Below the pieces are notes generated by a model, which was given only the letters and a program-made list of their open reading frames with translations, was not told the origin of the DNA and searched no databases. Made by a program: the position numbers and the translations under genes. From assembly GCA_963803435.1 (NCBI GenBank), contig CAWDML010000005.1, forward strand, positions 32,001-96,000: a stretch of 64,000 nt of DNA. Direction: 5' to 3'. The first letter of the stretch is position 1. Each line of letters begins with the position of its first letter. This stretch comes from an uncultured delta proteobacterium (lineage in GTDB: Bacteria > Myxococcota > Kuafuiibacteriia > Kuafuiibacteriales > Kuafuiibacteriaceae). Positions 61,372 to 64,000 of the stretch are shown in pieces.

Positions 61372-62099
61372 GTGGCGAAGCAATACCGTTCTTGGACTCC
61401 GAGACAATCGTTCTTGCTCCCGCCGTCCCCTCTCGAGTGGCTCCCAGAAAATCATCTCGCGTACTTCGTCTTGGACGTCGTCGATGAGGTAGAGCTGAGC
61501 GCGATCGATCCCCAGACCCAACTGAACGAAATGATGGATGGCCGCATCATCGCGTTCCTGCAAATCCAGGCCTACAATGCCCAAGTTGTCGTAGATGAGC
61601 ACGCTCAGGTGATTGTCGCCGAAGGGGTCAGCAACCAGGAACCTGATCAGCAACACCTCGTCCCGATGCTCCATGATGTGTTCGGCAACTGCGGCGATGC
61701 TCCGCGGAAGATGACGGCAGACAACGGCTATCTGAGCGCGACCAACATCGAATTCTGCGACAACAATCAGATCGATGCCCACATCGCTGTTGGACGCGAA
61801 CAGAACCAAGACGCGTCGACTCCGTCCTCATCAGCTTCGGAGCTTCGGAGCCCACACCTGCCTCGCTCGCTCGCAAGCGAATGCGAGACAAGTTGCAAAC
61901 GCGCGACGGCAAGGCGGTCTACGCCCGCAGGAAGAGTATCGTCGAACCGGCGCTCGGACAGATCAAAGGGGCACGAGGATTCCGCCGGTTCTCGCTACGC
62001 TCCTTCTTCAAGGTACGAGCCGAGTGGACGCTCGTCTGCCTCACCCACAACCTGCTCAAGCTCTACCGATCGAAGCTCGCGACCATCGTGAGCGTCTGA
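61372..62099 (+). pseudogene. IS1182-family transposase remnant (internal deletion plus frameshift)
   Basis: N-terminal QSFLLPPSPLEWLPENHLAYFV; DDE parts QAYNAQ, ADNGY; YARRKSIVEPALGQIK...HNL in another frame. Confidence 0.9.
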
Positions 62100-62185
62100 C
62101 TCAAGGCAGCCATCTTCAGATCGGGACCCGGACCGGGACCGGGACCCGGACCGGGGTCACGTGAGCGCTTACGCGCTACACGCTC

Positions 62186-62719
62186 CTAGCGCCGGCCGCG
62201 ACCGCCTCCACCCTTCTCCTGCTCGCGCAGGTAGGCGAGCCAGTTCGACTTGTCGTCGAGGTCGGGGCGGTAGCCCTCGCGCTTGTCGCGCCGCCGTCCG
62301 CGGTTGCCGTCCGGGCGGTCGTCGGAGGGCTGAGCGTCCTCGCGGCGCGGGGGGCGGCGGCGCTCCTCGTGGGGCGCCAACATCTGCGCGACGCCGCGGG
62401 CAATCAGCTGGGCGGCCAGCTCGTCGGGGGTCATGTCGCTGCGGGCCGCGAAGTAGGCCAGGTCCTTCATGACCAGGGGCGCGAGGGTGAGCGTGACCTC
62501 GCCGCTGGGGACCTCGGCGGCGTCGGCCGGGTGCGGGAGCTCCTCGCCGGACTGGGCGGCGGCGTCGATCCTCTCCTCCATCGCGGACTCGGCCTTCTGG
62601 AGCGCCTCCTCGCGGGTGTCGGCCTCGACCTCGAGCTCGAGCTCGGGCACGCGGGCGCGGAACGCCGAGCTCTCGGGCTCGAAGCTGAGGAGGATCCGAT
62701 ACGCACGATCGTCGGCCAT
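62186..62719 (-). CDS. HicB-like antitoxin-family protein
   Basis: FRARVPEL...EADTREEAL...GEELPHP, SGEVTLTL RHH-like segment; TTGACA upstream on the minus strand at 62751-62756. Confidence 0.75.
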   Translation of the reverse strand: MADDRAYRILLSFEPESSAFRARVPELELEVEADTREEALQKAESAMEERIDAAAQSGEELPHPADAAEVPSGEVTLTLAPLVMKDLAYFAARSDMTPDELAAQLIARGVAQMLAPHEERRRPPRREDAQPSDDRPDGNRGRRRDKREGYRPDLDDKSNWLAYLREQEKGGGGRGRR

Positions 62720-62765
62720 GGGGTCGCACGCTCCGACCGCGGGCGGGCGCTGTCAACCGACAAAC

Positions 62766-64000
62766 TCAGTGTACCAACCACAGAGAAAGTTGCGGGACGT
62801 AGGTGATGATGATGAGCGCAAACAGGAGGACGGTGATGAACGGGATCGAGGCCAGATAGAGCTTTGGCAGCGGGCGCTGGAAGCGGAAGGCGCTCAGGAA
62901 GAGGTTCATCCCGACGGGCGGGGTCAGATAACCGATCTCGAGGTTGGTCAGGAAGATGACGCCGAGGTGGAGCGGGTGGACGTCGTAGGCGGCGGCGAGC
63001 GGCAAGATCAGCGGCACCACCACGATGATGGCGCTGAAGATGTCGAGCAGGCAGCCGACCACCAACAGGAAGAGGTTCAGCGAGATCAGGAAGCCGGCGC
63101 GGGAGTGGACGTTCGCCTGGATGAACTCGAGGATCTGATCCGGGATTAGCTCCAGGATCAGGTACTGCGTGAGGCCGAGGGCGACGCCGAGGATCAGCAG
63201 GATGGCGCCGACGAGGATCGAGCTCTTCACCGCGATCCGCGGGATGTCTTTGAAGAAGGAGAGGTCCTTGTAGAGGAGGCACTCGACGACGAGAACGATC
63301 AGGACCGTCACCACAGCTGCGTCGTTGACCGTGAGCTTCCCCGAGTAGATGCCGGACAGGATGATGATCGGGAGCGGGATCTCCCAGCGCGCGGCCTTCA
63401 TCCCCTCCCAGAGCGCGCGCGGCTCGAACGGGATGCGCTTCACCTCGGGCGTGCGCATGGCGGTGAACGCCGAGTAGAGGCCGAGGCAGGTCACCAGGAC
63501 GATGCCGGGGAGGAGCGACGCCTTGAAGAGATCGTCGACGCGGATCTCGGCGCCCGATCCCGAGGCGATGATCGCGAAGAGGATCACCGGGAGCGAGGGC
63601 GGAAACAGGAGGCCGAGCGAGCCTCCGGAGGTCAGCAGGCCCAGGCTGAACTTCTCCGGGAAGCCCTCCTTGGTGAGGATGGGGAAGAGCAGCCCGCCGA
63701 GCGCGATGATCGTGATGCCGGAGGCGCCGGTGAACGCGGTGAAGAAGGCGCACGCGATCACGCTGACGATGGCGATGCCGCCGGGCATCCAGCCCACGGC
63801 GGCGCGCGCCAGACGGATCAGGCGGGTGGGCGTGCCCGACTCGGCCATCACGTAGCCAGCGAACGTGAACAGCGGGATCGCGACCAGCGCCGGCGCGGAG
63901 GCGACGCCGCTCATCTCGATCACCAGCGTGACGATGTCGGTGTCGGTCGAGATGTAGCCGAGCATCGTCAGACCGGCGAACGCGACGAACAGCGGGATGC
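62766..64000 (-). CDS. dctM: TRAP transporter large permease DctM (5' end outside the window)
   Basis: AIPLFTFAG, GSLGLLFPPS, HPLHLG, EIGYLTPPVGMNLF. Confidence 0.93.
   Translation of the reverse strand, partial: IPLFVAFAGLTMLGYISTDTDIVTLVIEMSGVASAPALVAIPLFTFAGYVMAESGTPTRLIRLARAAVGWMPGGIAIVSVIACAFFTAFTGASGITIIALGGLLFPILTKEGFPEKFSLGLLTSGGSLGLLFPPSLPVILFAIIASGSGAEIRVDDLFKASLLPGIVLVTCLGLYSAFTAMRTPEVKRIPFEPRALWEGMKAARWEIPLPIIILSGIYSGKLTVNDAAVVTVLIVLVVECLLYKDLSFFKDIPRIAVKSSILVGAILLILGVALGLTQYLILELIPDQILEFIQANVHSRAGFLISLNLFLLVVGCLLDIFSAIIVVVPLILPLAAAYDVHPLHLGVIFLTNLEIGYLTPPVGMNLFLSAFRFQRPLPKLYLASIPFITVLLFALIIITYVPQLSLWLVH

Larger units (their letters stand above)
60814..62185 (+). mobile_element. 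Degenerate IS1182-family element (1372 bp) carrying a four-helix-bundle passenger gene, copy 3
   Basis: ~70-bp imperfect terminal inverted repeats including (GGGACC)n tracts; CTAG at 60810-60813 and 62186-62189; divergent four-helix-bundle and transposase genes inside. Confidence 0.92.

Overview
High-GC bacterial chromosomal window, most likely Myxococcota (MYXO-CTERM protein, three Hanks-type kinases, PilY1 cluster). It spans the replication-origin region: fni-recF-dnaN-[DnaA boxes and trios]-dnaA on the minus strand, divergent from rpmH-rnpA-yidD-yidC-jag. After jag come two uncharacterised genes, a second DnaA-box cluster and a ~4.2 kb region without credible genes that holds three parS sites and a 244-bp tandem duplication. 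Further on are an Rsm22-like methyltransferase, a small AT-hook protein, rnhB, uvrA-nadA-alr, a type IVa minor-pilin/PilY1 cluster, kinases and lipoproteins, tal-pgi, a PP2C phosphatase, a DUF4175/peptidase MA/MoxR/DUF58/BatA operon, an ECF sigma triplet, an orphan HicB-like gene and a partial TRAP dctM. Main unexplained signals: (1) three related IS1182-derived non-autonomous elements carrying a four-helix-bundle gene and (GGGACC)n repeats inside long inverted ends, each flanked by CTAG that doubles as a host stop codon; (2) a candidate sigma54-driven hairpin sRNA near 39.6 kb; (3) a possible origin-organising module (second DnaA-box cluster, HTH/coiled-coil protein, parS region, AT-hook protein); (4) a CUB-like insertion in PilY1; (5) four host-gene frameshifts all at or beside GATC, probably sequencing artefacts. 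All calls are by eye; no searches were run.
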